In this document: positions 37,201 to 49,787 of the stretch, piece by piece
Numbering within the stretch: the stretch's first letter is position 1
Layout: the number at the start of each line of letters is the position of its first letter
Origin: Amoebophrya sp. A120
Lineage: Eukaryota > Protista > Dinoflagellata
Direction: 5' to 3'
DNA: 64,000 bases
NCBI GenBank assembly: GCA_905178155.1
Contig: CAJINV010000005.1
Location: forward strand, 6,718,153 to 6,782,152
Translations under genes and position numbers: made by a program
Notes under the pieces: generated by a model
Told to the model about the DNA's origin: nothing
Seen by the model: only the letters and a program-made list of their open reading frames with translations
Databases searched by the model: none

Positions 37201-40200
37201 CCTCCTGGAGGCCCAGGTACACAACTACACCCTGGAGGTGTAGCACAACAACCTCCGGTACAGGTGGTGCAGTTACAGCCCCTGTTTGCCGGCCCCGGGC
37301 AGGCGGTTCCGGGGGCCGGAGGGGGAGTGCAACAGCCTGGTGGTACAACTACCGCACCTGCCGGTGTAAAAATAACCGCCCCGCAGCCCCGCGACCTTAC
37401 TGACGACTTGGCCAACAATCTCCGACAATCCTCCAGTCCGCGGACGGTGCAGGCGGGGGGCGCCTCGGTGCCGCGACCCCTGTTCGATTCGACCGGCGCG
37501 TTGCCGGTTGGAGACGGGGGTACTACTACGCCGCAACAGCAACAACTAAACGGAGGAGTAGGATTATCGCCCCAGCAGCTCCTGGGAGGCGGTATCGCAG
37601 GCGGTCACCACGGGCCGCAGCCGCTCACTCTGGAGCAACAGCAGCTGCTGGGGCTTCCTGGTGCCGGTGGTACACCAGGAGCGGCGGGTCTACAGCCACT
37701 CGCACAACAGCAATCGGGCGGGCAACAAGGAGTTCTTACGCAGCCTCCGAACGTCCAAGTCGTGCAGATGTCCCCGCAGATCGGCCAACCACAACTGCCG
37801 CAGCAAGGCCATCCCCAGCCAGTTCAGGCGGGGGGCCCGGTGGAGATCATGTTGCCGCCCAACCTCCAGTCCACGGCGGGCGGCGCACCCTCGGTCGTCC
37901 TGCGCCAGTTCTACAACCCGATTGACAACGGGCGAGGGCCCTCCTCGCCCTTCGAGATTGGGCAAATTGTCCTCGTTCCGCAAGGCACGACAGGGGCAGG
38001 AGAACCCGTCGCGTCCCAAGCAGGAGGACCACACTTGCCGACCCAGCCGCACAGAGGACCAGGCGCTACGCTGCCGCTCACAAACGGCTTACCGGACGTT
38101 TCGACGGTGGCGATCACAAAAAATGTGGCTATGGTGCCGACCGGCCAGCCGGGTGGACGACGAGACAAGCTAGGGCAGAAAGGAAACCTCCTACCTCCTC
38201 CGTATGGAGAGAAAAAAGTTTGTCACAGTCACTAAGTTGCAGGGTTTGCATTACAAATTTTTTTTGCATCACAGCTTCTCCTTGTATTGCAGAAACACTA
38301 GGGAAATCCCTTATGAAGTGTGGCTGTGATGCATTTTTACGCATGACAGACAATTTTGTCTTGCAGAAATGCCCATGAGTGATCGTGACGAACTTCTTTC
38401 TTTTGATACTCCGGGCGGAGTTGGTAGTAGAGGCGGTCCGATGGTCTACGAGCAACCAGTCGAAGTGATTCACCACCGAAATCCAAACCTGCTAGGCCCG
38501 GCGTACATCGACGACGGCCCCACTGCGCCGGCGACCTCGCAGTCCCCGCGCGTTTTGTCTGGGGGGAGTGCGGGGGGGTCGAAGCCGCGCCCGCTTGCGG
38601 CGATGCTGCCAGGGGGCGTGGGCGGCCAGCACCCGCCAGCGCAAGGCGGCGGGGCAGCAGGAACTACAACTCCCGTTGATGTGATGATGGCACCTGCTGC
38701 TGCTCCCGGAGGCGGGTTGTTCCCCGGCGGTCAGCAACCAGGCGGCGGGCCGCAGCTGCTGGATTACGGTGTTGCTTTACCGTTGACCGTATCAAATGTA
38801 AAAATGTCTGGGTCTGGAAGAATGCAACTTGTAATGCTAAATCTGAAGCATGCAAAAATCTGTGTTGCATGATTACCAACAGCCGTCGTTTTTTGCCGAG
38901 TTGAGAGGGAATTTCTCATGCAGGATCAGCATGCTAGAGATCTCACAGGGTTTGTCATGCTAGGCGCTGCATTCCAGACCTCATGAGTCATAGAAAACCC
39001 GCATGACAATGACAAACCTGGCAATCTTCCAGACCCAGACATTTTTACATTTGATAGACAGGAGCACAAGGTTTTTACAACTCCGGTGGACCAGGAGGTG
39101 CGGGTGGTGCAGCCACTTCTATGCAGCAGCCGGGCACGCCGTTTGCAGGTGGCGGGCCAGCTGCGCAACCGCTGCAGTGGCAGGTTTTTAGCCCGTTCGC
39201 CCAGCAGCCGGGCGGAGCAGCCCCGGGAGGAGGTGTCGACCACTTCTACCCGCAGTCCCCGGGGGTCGTAGGTGGTCCTGGAACTACTGCTCCGCCTGGG
39301 GCGGCGGGGTCATCTCAGCAACTACAGCCTCCGCAGCTACCCTACCACCTTCCGGGGAGCAGCATGACCGCGCCCCAGCCCGGCCAGCCCGATGGATTGG
39401 ACACACCGACCAAGCAAGGGGGCGACCGGATCGCTTTGGCGGGGGGGCAAGGCGTGGTCCCCAAGCCGTTGCAGCCTCTGGGGCTGTTGGGGGCCGGTGG
39501 AGCGGGCGGTGGTCACCCGGGAAGTAGTACTTCTACAGGCGGTGGGGGACAGCAGCTACCGGGACAGCACATGCCGTTCATCTTGCCACCAGGTTCGAAC
39601 ATCGGGGTCATTCATCCAGAACAACTGCAGCCAGGACAACAAGCACGCCCGCCGGGCCCGGCGACACCGTTTGAACAACACAGCTTGTTTGCGGCCGGAG
39701 GGGGTGGTCCGGGAGCGAATGGCCCGCTGCCGCTGTACGTACTTCCAGCCGGCGGGGGTCCTCAGCCAGCGGGCGGGGGTCCTCACGGTGGGGCGCAACC
39801 GCTTTATGACCCGACGACCGGGTTACTGCTGCCACCTGTATGAAAATGAAAATGTGGAGAAAAAATTATGTTGAGCTACATCAAGTAATTTACGCTCTGC
39901 GAGGTACTGTCGTGGTTGTGCGCAACAAAGACAAAGTCGCGCACTCCTGATATTCCCTCAGGTATCGAGCGCATATTAGGAAAGCCACATAGCGTTTAAT
40001 ATTTCCTGTGTGCTAAGCGTTCATGCTACAGGTGGTCTACACCCATCAGCTGTGGAAGCGTCCAGTAATTTGTTCTCTCAACGACGCAGATGATACGAGT
40101 TGCAATTATGTGTAGCTCAAGATCAGTTGATCTGCATTTTCAGTTCCATATCCCGGCCAGCAAAACCCTCCGAATGTCGGAGGCGTATTTGCTACCAGTG

Positions 40201-43200
40201 ACCCGGGCCTTCCCAACGGCGGCGCGGACTTGCCGAAACAGGGTGGGGACCGGCACGCGCAAATGTTTGGCGGGGGAGGATCCGTCCCCAAGCCGCTGAC
40301 CGGCGGCCCGGGACAGCTGCAACATCTTCCCGGCCAAATCCAAATTTTGCAAGCACCGCCAGTGCAGTTAGGACCAGCAGGAGGCGCAGGTGGGCCGCAG
40401 CAACTACAACCGGGGCAGCAAGTGCAACTCCCCGGAGGTCACCAGCCTGGTCAACAAACAGGCGTGCCTACAATCCAGAATGTGCAACTGCTTCCCGCAG
40501 CGCAACAGCCGCGGACGTCCTCCGGCGAGCTGGTCGGCGGTCCGATCGAGCAACAGCCGGGCTTTTTGCCCACTCAGCTGCTCCGACCAGTGGAGAACCC
40601 GGCGGGCCCCCCGGGCGGTGCCGCGGGGTTCGGTGTGCAGCAGTTGCCGAGCTCTCCCTTCTATGCATTGCAAATATGTTAGGGTCTGGAAGAGTCCGAG
40701 TTTGTGATGCTAGATCTCATTGGCACAAACATCTGTAACGGCATGACCAGCGAAAGTAGCCCCCGCTTTTGGGCACGCGAGGGCAACATCTCTCATGCAG
40801 AATAAGCATTTGAGCAGGCTCGTCCTCGTCCTCAGGAGCCTGCTCAAAAGCTGTGATGCTAGAGCCAGCATTCCAAACCTTCTGCGGTTTGCGAAACCTG
40901 CATGACAAACCCTGCACCTTCCCGACTCAGACATATTTGCACTTGATACCTTCGACGCGAATTACCAGGCGCGGGTGAGCGGTGCGCGGGCCGCGTCTCC
41001 ATCCTCACCGCCCTCGCAAAATGACAATGCCGCCGGGATGAACCAGCATCCGCCGGGGATCGCTTTTGCCCCCACGCCCGCGGGGCTAGGCTACGTGGAT
41101 AACGTCTCAGGAGGTGCCGCGGGCGGTGGTGGACTAGTTTCCGGGACGTCCCAGCCAATCGTGCAGATTCGCCCGCCGGAGGCCGCGCACGCGGGGTCGC
41201 TGCTACCGGACATGGGCAGTGGTACGACGACGGGCAGCGGCGGGGGAACAAGTGCAAGTAGTGCAGGAAGAGCAAGCCCGGTGTTGCTCTATGGAGGGCA
41301 GGGGTCGGTCCCGAAACCGGTTGTCAACGGCGACACGACGTACATGCCGGGTTTTATGGCCGCGGTGGGCGGCGGCGGTGGTGGTCCCGCGGGAGGGGCA
41401 GGGGGTCCTCCGCCAACAGGAGGTACCTCGCCGCAGCTGCAGCAGTCGCATATCACAGGAAAAAACTGTTACAGTTACACATTTGTTGGAGTTTCTGCAT
41501 CACAAAGTTGCTCGTCATGGCAAAGAAAACCTGTGATGCGCAGAGGACTATAAGGGAAAACACGAATGAAATGAGGTTGGCATCGGCAAGCATTTCCTGC
41601 ATGACAGAGGTTGTTTGTCTTGCTTGTCTCACATTAGAGTGTGTAACTGTAACACTTTTTTCCCACGATATCGCAGGGAATCCATTTAATTCCTCTGCAG
41701 CCCGGCGCGGTCGATGCGAACGGGCGACCGGTCGGACCGCACACGCAGATGCCGGGAACGCCGTTCGGGAGCTTCAGCCCGTCTAATAACCCCTCGGACG
41801 TGCACAGCGGGATCTTCGGGGCCCAGCCGCATATCAAATGCAAAAATGTCATCTGGGTCTGGAAGAATGCAAGTCTGTCATGCTTGTCTGGCATGACTCG
41901 AGAATCTGTGTTGCATAGGCACGAACAGGCCCTCTTGCCTGTCATGCAAAAACGCAGTTTGCCATGCGGAATACGCAAAACATGGGAGCCAAAAGATTTG
42001 TCATGCATAGCTGCGCATTGCAGTGCGTCTACCATTCACTTTTAGCATTACAAGTTTCCAGACCCAGACATATTTGCAATCCATACCACAGCCGCTGGCG
42101 CAAGTGCTCTTGGCGCAGCACCAGCAAATGTTTGGCGGGCCTGGCGGCACTGGTGCACCAGGAACTACTGCACCTGGTGCAGGACCCATCTTCCTAGCCG
42201 ATCCGAATGCTATCCACCGTGCGAATGTTAAGGTTTCTGGCAGGGCTGTAGTCTGGAAAGCCAAAGCTGTGATGCTTGTTACATACGTACAAATACAATG
42301 CGAGTCTATTTTTGATGCAGTTGATACAACATGCCCACTTCTGAGATCCTGTAGTGTTATGAGGTGCCTATCATGTACTAGTACTGCAAAGTTTAAATAA
42401 TTTTCGACCTTCTATTTCGGCACGAGATTCCAGACCACCGCCCACCAAAGTTCAGAAATACATATTTGCAATCCATACGAAAAACACGACCTCAACTTCC
42501 ACATGCGGATGAGGGCACCAGCATTGGGGTCGTCCGTCCAGAGTCTTCCCGCGTGGCAGAAGGCGGGTCGCAGAGCAAGCCCCAACCCTTGTCACCGCAA
42601 GTCCTGCACAACTTGATTCTGGCCTCGCAAGCGGCGGGAGGAGGCGCGGGGCATATGCATCATTATCCACATGGCAGTGCCGGTCCTCAGCAACAACACC
42701 TTGCAGGAGGTGTTCAACATCCAGGAATGGCACTAGGTGGACCAGCACCACAAGGGCCCCCGCTGTACAACAACCTAGCACAGCCACCACAGGCAGCGCT
42801 TTTGCCTCAGGGCCAACAGCAGCAGCAGCAGCAGCTCCAACAGCAGCAGCCCCAACAACAGCAGCAGCCTGCGCAGGGTGGCGCGGCCGGGACGACGACT
42901 ATCACTATGACGCACGTGCTCCCCGGAAATAACGGCGTAAACATCGTAAACGCCGGGAGCCTTCCTGCAACGAGTCCGTCCGGGCAGGTACTGCCGCCTG
43001 GGCAGCAGCAACTTGCTCCGCAGTCAGGGTACAGCGTCTCCGGTCCTTCGCAGGGAGGAGGTGCCGCCCAGGTGAATATTTACCAGGCACCGCCGCCGCA
43101 GGAACTCCCGCCACATCTGCGGCCGACCCAGCCGCAGCCTCTAGAGCCTGAAGACGGGGGGATCACGACAGCTGCGGGAGCACCACTGAACATGCCCGGT

Positions 43201-46005
43201 GCAGCTCCTGGTGGAGGTGCAACGACTGTGACAATCGGCAGTACTGCAGCGCCTGTTTCCGTCGTGCGTCCTCCGCCACCGCAGGTGGGACCGGGCGTTG
43301 TTCCGCCGAACAATCCGGACGTTCTTAGCGATGTTTATCCAGTGGAAATGTCAGAGATCTGGTTCTGGAAGAATGCATAAGACTTGTCATGTGCGGGTTC
43401 TTTCATCGCATGGACATGACCCAGGAGAAGAGCTGGAATGCGGACTGTACAATACACGTTTTGAGAGGGCTCCTCGATGCCTACTTTCTCCATGACGTCG
43501 AGTGTAGTTGTCTTCGGGTATTTTTACCTAGGCGATTCGGGGGCACTTCATTTATTGCTGGTCATGCAATACTTACAGATTTTTGTGTAGAAAAATCCGA
43601 CCTAGCATGAAAAATAAAACTCGCACAAGCTTTCAGACCCAGACCGATATTTGCAACTGGCATAACGTCCCGGGAACTACAACCGTGGTGGAAACTACCA
43701 CCACGAACCCAGACACCGGCCAGCCCAAGAAACACGCCATGGATGTTATCCTGAGCAAAAACGTCCCCATACCAGAGTTGTCATGCAAATCTGCATGCCA
43801 AAAAAGATTGTCATGCGGGCCCCCATGAGAAGTATTTTCTAGTCGTGTTTTGGAATTTGCCATGCTCCAATCAGCATGATGTACTACATCTGTGATGCTG
43901 CTGAGCTAGGTCAAACAGCACTACAATACGAGTCCAAATTTGCCATGCAAAACAGCCAAAGCTTGTGGATTTGTGTAGCCGATTCCCCATCTTGACTATG
44001 GGGTGGGGACGTTTTTGCATAGGATAGATGTCCAGGATGGCCGCCACCTGCTATCAACCGCCGGCGTTACGGCTCTCGCGGGGGCCAGCAAGCCCGGCGC
44101 GCGGGCAGTCATCGCCCAGTCCTTGACGGACAAGGACGGCAACCCTTCCATGGTGAAGTGGGTGGCCGTGGGGGTGGAGCCCGACAAAAGGTCGGCCGCG
44201 GCTGCGGCCGCGGGCGGGGCTGCCACGCCGGACTCGCCCAACGCGTTGGCCCCACCGCGCGACCCCGCCGAGGTTGCCCAGGAAAGTCTGGAATCCGCGA
44301 CGGAAGCTCGACATGTGGATCCCGGGAAAAAAGTGACCACGGTGACGGTGATTGACTCCGCGGAGCATGCGGGGAACCCCTCCGCCTGGAAGACCTTTAG
44401 CTACGCGGGCGCGCAGCTGCAAAAGCTGTGGCAAGGCATTCAAGACATGACCACTTCGCAGGCCCCTGCAGCATCTGCAAAGGCGGCCAGCAGAAGTAAT
44501 AATGGTCGTGGCGGAGGTGGTTGTGGCGGCGGCGGTGGCGGACCTTGTGGGGGTGGAGGGGATTCGCCAGCGCAGGAACAACAGCCACGACGCTCTGCTT
44601 TTTTGCAAACGGGAGTTGTGGGAGAAGTTGGGCACGGAGAACAATTTTTACAGGAAACGACAGCCCCTTCATCCACCACGACGGCGAATTCGGCGTCCGA
44701 AGAAGATGGCACGCGCAGTGATGTAGTTCACGGCCAGCGTTTCATTTCTGTGGCCGATTCTCTCGAAAATCAGGTCGACGCTTTTCTGGAAGAAAAGTTC
44801 TTTCCGTTTCTAGAGCATATCGTACTGAAAAAAGTGCTACACGTAGTACACATTTCTTCGTACAAACCTGTCGGCATCGAGACAATAAAGTTTCTCTGCA
44901 TGCTGTACTGGAGAAAACTTTCAAAAATACAGAGAACAAAACGGAACAAAGCACGCATGGAGAAACGGGGCTCGAAAGGAGCTTTGAAGAATTTTGCGCA
45001 TGACAAAAGTCGTGTCCTCTGTCTTGCCTGTTTTGCAAAAACTACACAAAAATGTGTATACAACTGTGACACTTTTTTCCTTTGCATAGAGCACTGGTCC
45101 AGAGTAGTGTTGTTTTGCCTGGCCGCGGTCTTGTTGACCTCGGTTTTCTCCTTGATGAGAACAGCCACGGAGGCGGTTGCCTTCAGGTACAAAGGTTTCT
45201 CTACTGCAGCAGTAGATCATTGTTCTACTTCCGGTGTAGTACTAGAAGAACACAAGACCGCATCAACTTCCTGCGGTTCTTGTGGTGGTACTAAATCAGA
45301 AACCACGCTGGGAGCTGCAAGAGCAGGAGGCAACGCCATCAACGCAGCAACACCAGCAACAACAATCGAGAGGTCGGTCGCAAAATCATCTTCATCGGAG
45401 GAAGCAGCTACTACAACAAGCACCGAGAAGATGTTGAATGAAGCTGGAGAAACTGCAGATAAAAATGAAACTGCCGAGGAACTAGTACACCATCATGACG
45501 GGGTGGGAAGTGGCCGGAAATTATTTTTCGGCCGGCAGGCACTCTCGTCAATGGCGAAGTGCTATCAAGATTGCAAATATGTCTAGACTCGTCTGGAAAC
45601 TTGTGTTGCAGCTGACTCACAGTAAATAGCCGCTCGTAAGGTGGAGCCGCTCGTATTTTTGCGTGTCACGTAGCAAGTTTGTCGAGGGCTCGTGCAGACA
45701 CATTACTCAAACGCATGACGAACTGCCATCAAGCGCACGACAGAAAAGGTCGTGGTCAGACACAGTTTTCATCCAGATCGTAGATTGTGCTGTCCTTTAA
45801 ATCTCGCATCTTACAATATCCAGACATCCAGGGATCATATTTGCATCTGCATAAGTGGGTCTTCGGGGCGGAAGTAGATCATACATGTGGACCACGCCAG
45901 AATTGCTGTGATACCTCGGCGGTGGAACAAGCCTGCTCCGGGGAGGTGGACAGAGGGGGTGGTGGCGCCCCGAAGCCAACAACCTCGAAATCGTGGATGG
46001 TGTGA
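34267..46005 (+). CDS. Very large (~2570 aa) Gln/Gly/Pro-rich low-complexity protein with N-terminal hydrophobic segment and C-terminal TM; 15 introners and 1 GT-AG intron
   Basis: All junctions are in frame under the element+5 nt rule plus intron 36737-36910 (7701 nt spliced). N-terminus LLRTFFIVTWCCLGHSLS; TM-like VVLFCLAAVLLTSVFSLM; stop at 46003-46005. Confidence 0.82.
34360..34565. mobile_element. Introner family B
   Basis: TATGGAGAGAAAAAAGTTCGTCAC / GTGACGAACTTTTTTCTTTTGATA; DR TGCTC/TGCTC. Confidence 0.94.
34615..34787. mobile_element. Introner family C
   Basis: Family-C TIRs; DR AGTTT/AGTTT. Confidence 0.93.
35885..36100. mobile_element. Introner family A
   Basis: Family-A TIRs; DR GTGCA/GTGCA. 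Confidence 0.93.
36173..36382. mobile_element. Introner family B
   Basis: Family-B TIRs; DR CGCAA/CGCAA. Confidence 0.94.
38203..38408. mobile_element. Introner family B
   Basis: Family-B TIRs; DR CTCCG/CTCCG; near-identical to 34360. Confidence 0.94.
38790..39056. mobile_element. Introner family A
   Basis: Near-perfect TIR TATCAAATGTAAAAATGTCTGGGTCTGGAAG; DR GACCG/GACAG. Confidence 0.93.
39839..40150. mobile_element. Introner, diverged single-copy family
   Basis: TATGAAAATGAAAATG...TTGAGCTACA / TGTAGCTCAA...CATTTTCAGTTCCATA; DR ACCTG/TCCCG; frame restored. Confidence 0.8.
40662..40948. mobile_element. Introner family A
   Basis: TATGCATTGCAAATATGT / ACATATTTGCACTTGATA; DR CCTTC/CCTTC. Confidence 0.92.
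41451..41670. mobile_element. Introner family H
   Basis: TATCACAGGAAAAAACTGTTACAGTTACAC / GTGTAACTGTAACACTTTTTTCCCACGATA; DR TCGCA/TCGCA. Confidence 0.93.
41832..42085. mobile_element. Introner family A
   Basis: Family-A TIRs; DR CCGCA/CCACA. Confidence 0.9.
42211..42477. mobile_element. Introner family A-like (strongly diverged)
   Basis: TATCC...GTCTGGAA / TTCCAGAC...CATATTTGCAATCCATA; DR lost, but element+5 nt still restores frame. Confidence 0.7.
42813..42868 (+). repeat. CAG/CAA poly-Gln tract
   Basis: Encodes QQQQQQQLQQQQPQQQQQ. Confidence 0.85.
43336..43664. mobile_element. Introner family A-like (diverged)
   Basis: TATCCAGT...CTGGTTCTGGAAG / CAGACCCAGAC...TTGCAACTGGCATA; DR ATGTT/ACGTC; frame restored. 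Confidence 0.8.
43747..44026. mobile_element. Introner family D
   Basis: TATCCTGAGCAAAAACGTCCCCA / TGGGGACGTTTTTGCATAGGATA; DR GATGT/GATGT. Confidence 0.93.
44818..45088. mobile_element. Introner family H-like; open in host frame
   Basis: TATCGTACTGAAAAAAGTG / CACTTTTTTCCTTTGCATA; DR GAGCA/GAGCA. Confidence 0.85.
45563..45853. mobile_element. Introner family A-like (diverged)
   Basis: TATCAAGATTGCAAATATG / CATATTTGCATCTGCATA; DR AGTGC/AGTGG. Confidence 0.8.
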
Positions 46006-46472
46006 GGCGTGTGAGGACTCTCAGAGAATATGCATGTCACAGCACGCCCGGTGCGGGCTGCGTACAGAATTACGTACTTACTTACGCCAGCATTTTTTTT
46101 TCTGTTTCTGGACGTTCCGTGTCTGTTGTAGTTATTTCAGAGCTCGACAACTCTTTTTCTTTTACTCTCGCTCAAATTCTTGTCAAATTTTCGTTAACGT
46201 TTTTAGCACACACAAGTACACTTGTTTTCTAATTTTTTCATACGCAAACATAATTTCATTCCTCACACCACAATCTCTGCTTCAGAGTTTCTTTCCTTTG
46301 TGTTATCATTTTTACACACTTTTATAATTCCATTAAGTACCTATCATCAAAATTAAAAGTTCAAAGACAAAAAAATCGATGAAGCGTTGAAGTCTGCACT
46401 GGAGGTTGCACACCATCTTCTCCGCCTGAAAATCGAGGAAGCTACGTAAAATAAAGAGTTTTCTTCTAAAAT

Positions 46473-46767
46473 TATCGGAAGGAAAAATTCCCCGTTCTCC
46501 CCCTACTGAAGAAAAGATACTGATGCAAAATTTCAGATTCGGATTTGTGACCACGAACCGTGTCTGCCCGCCTATGCAAGATTGCACTTTCGCCACAGAT
46601 TGTCTGGCCGCAGCGCCTTCTACGTCAAAGCATCCCTGCACGTCAGGCTTGGCATTTGCGTGCAGTCCCGTAAGTATTGCAAGACCGAGGGGCTTCGTGT
46701 ACCACACAAATCCGGCAGCGTAGCTTTCCATTTGAGTACGGGGAGGGGGGAGTTTTTCTTTTTGATA
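46473..46767. mobile_element. Introner family E (diverged)
   Basis: TATCGGAAGGAAAAATTCCCC / GGGGAGTTTTTCTTTTTGATA; DR AAAAT/GAAGT. Confidence 0.7.
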
Positions 46768-47575
46768 GAAGTGAAAGTATAAAAATTGACACAGGCTCTT
46801 CTCACAGAAAGTCTGTGCTGACACGTGAGGACCAAAAATCGAGCACAATTAGCGCAAGCAACGAAGAGAACGACGAACAAGTTTGTTTTGCCATAAACAA
46901 CTGGACAACTCACAAAAACTACAGTAAATTCATATACGAAAATCATCGTCACAAGCAATAGATGTCGCTTTTTCCGACGCGCGGTCTCTAGGCCGCGTTT
47001 GGAATAGGAGTTGCTGCTGCTGCTGCTGCACCATCACGGCTTCTTCAGACGCATGGTCTGCACACTTCTATTGTAGTAGCGTACTTTTTTCATTTTCAAT
47101 TTCATCGTACACCGCAACACAAGTTTAGAGCTTTGGCTTTCCGAAGATTCGGTTTCGTGAAAAGAGTATATGCCAGAAGTTTGCGACTTCCACTTCGGTA
47201 TTCGTATTGCTCGGTTTTGTCGATTCATCATCATCTTTCGTTCTGACCCTCCTCGTCCGTGTCGTCCACGGCCCCAGTTTCGTGTTGGAGAACGTTCTTA
47301 CTCCCGCAGAAGCACATCGAAATAAAATTGGTTTCGTCATGATGTCGACGAATCGTCTTCCCAGTGTAGCTGCAGTTCCTCTCGTCCCACTGAAGTAACA
47401 CAAAAAGTTAAAGTATTACTTGGCGATAATATCAACCCCTTGTTATGTGGTCGCAAGTAGCTCAGAAACAGAATCCATTACCATTTCTTCGTCAAGTCGC
47501 AAGATCAGAACTTCTACACTTTTAAACACTTTCTTTCTTTCTCGTTCCTTCTCACGGCAACATCGAAGAACAAAG

Positions 47576-49787
47576 ATGTCGACCAGCAGAACGAAAGATG
47601 TCCATCTCACGCTCTCGACACCTTGTCTTCTACCCTCGCGACCCCCACCGTGCGGATTTTATTGTCGCGTTCCCGGCGGAAGATGTAAAAGCATTCATCT
47701 TCGAGCTGGTGCTGGTCACAGTGGCGGAGGTCTTTGTTCCTTCATGATAAGATTCTACCCACTCGGGATCTTCATGATCGGCAGTCAAAATGATCAACCC
47801 TCGTCCTCGGGCTTTCCCTTCTTCGCCACAGCGGTCGACCACCGCAAAACGACCACAAAAGACCGCGAAGATGTTGATCACCTTACTACCCTCGACTCAC
47901 CGCCGGTGGTCCCTAGTACGGCTATTCCCCCTCCTGAGGACGCGAACAAACTTCGACCCGGCGCGCAGCTCCTTTCCCAAGATGATTCCACCGCGAGGCC
48001 CGACGTCACGCGCGACACCGCCGCCGCGTCCGCAGCTGAGGATGGTAGAGCAGTACTACCACCTGAAGTAGAAAAAGCAAGAACTCGTCCTCGCCCGCGA
48101 GGTTTCCTGCAGCGCCGTGAGAACGACACGCCGGCGTCGTTGTTCGTGGCCACGTTTTATCCTGTGCAAAAGCATCGTACTCGTACTAATCGCAGTCCTG
48201 CAAGACAAATTTCATTTTCTAGCTAAATCAGCATGACAAATTCTCTTTGTCATGCTTTGGTAATTTGTGTTGCAGTACTACGAGTACGATACTTTTGCAG
48301 TTCATACGTTTTCGGCGTTGGAAACGGCGTCGGACTTTGCGCAGAGGATGTGGGAGGTGTACGGAAGCGGGGAGGTGGCGGCGGTAGAAGAAGAAGGAGC
48401 AGAAGTTGGTTTGGACTTTATTCATCAGGCTGAAGGTCGTGGTGAAAATCAAGAAAATTCAACATCGGAGATGAAGAAGAAGTTCTTGTCCGGAAATGAC
48501 CATGATGGCATCAAAAGCCAAAGTTTGTTGGAAAAGGATCGTGCGGGTGATGTCACGGCACTGCATGACCAACAAGAAAAACGAGATTTAGTACCCCCGG
48601 ACAGCGGTACTGCTGGGGGGACGGAGGACCAGGTCAAGAAGAAACCTGTGGAAGATGGCGGCGCCGGGGAGGAAGAGAAAGGGAAACAGGGCCAAGGCCC
48701 AGAAGTTCTTGTGCCGCAGGGCCAACAAGAACGGCAAACAAGCGAGGACAACGGAAGGCCATCCGTAGTAGAGCAGGGGAGCTTGTTGGAGGAGCGACAA
48801 AAAGGGCCAGCTGCTCACGCAATAAGAGGGCTTCTCCACGTTTTGGCGCAGAACGCAGCTAGCGGCGCAAAAGGGGGGGCTTCCAAGGTGGCAGCTGCCG
48901 CGCGACCGGTTGCGAAAACCGCTTTCGGAGCGACGCACCAGGACCCTACAACAGATGACGTTTTGACATTGTCCAAAAAGATCGCCGATGACCCAGACTT
49001 TGTCAAGGCCATGTGGGATGTAGCGGCAATCCACAAGGAGAATGCAGGGACCTGGGACCCCACGGAACTAGACCCGGCCACTAAGGATTTCCAACAAATC
49101 ATTGAAAAAATTGTCGAACGGGAAGTAGGCGAGGCGCTTGCAAAACTGAAGGAGAAGGAAATCCCAGACACCAGGTTGGAACAGTGGCAGGGAAAACACA
49201 GAGAGGAAATCATAGGTGGCGCGGAGAAAAAAGAAGCGGAACACTATGTCTTGTCGAACAGAGGCAGTGGCCATGTGTATTTTCACGTGTGGGTCCCGCT
49301 AAGCAGAGATGGCATGTTGTTGACGTTGCATGGGCCATCCAAGGATGGCAAGCCACCGACGACGAGTCATCCGGATGCAAGTGAGGTTTACCCTGTGACA
49401 CAGGCGGAATGGGCAGATATCGCGGAGGAATGGAAGAAAATATTTGCAGGGTTTGGCTTTTTTCACGGCTCGTTGCTTCATCAAGGCATCTTCGGCGGCC
49501 CAGCGCGGGTCGCGGCTAGAGCGGCGGAGGTGCATGAAGATCATCCCAATACCGAGTCCTCGATGTTGGAGAAACAAGACAAGTTGACAGCAGCAGCACC
49601 CAAGAACCAAGCTGAAGTGCAACAACTACAGCCGCACCAAGAAAAATCGTCCGACGTCGGTCGCAACAAGGCAGGGCACGCGGCAGCCCAGACCCCACAA
49701 CTGGAAGAGGCCGTGGAGAGTGATCACGACGCGAACCCAGTACGATTGCACCCCAGCGACGAGGAGGAGGACCAGGACCATGTATAG
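47576..49787 (+). CDS. Hypothetical acidic protein, one introner
   Basis: ORFs 47420-48226 and 48267-49787 join as ASLFVATF-SALETAS; the motif is shared with 51006-52040; start uncertain. Confidence 0.75.
48158..48306. mobile_element. Introner family C
   Basis: Family-C TIRs; DR CGTTT/CGTTT. Confidence 0.93.
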
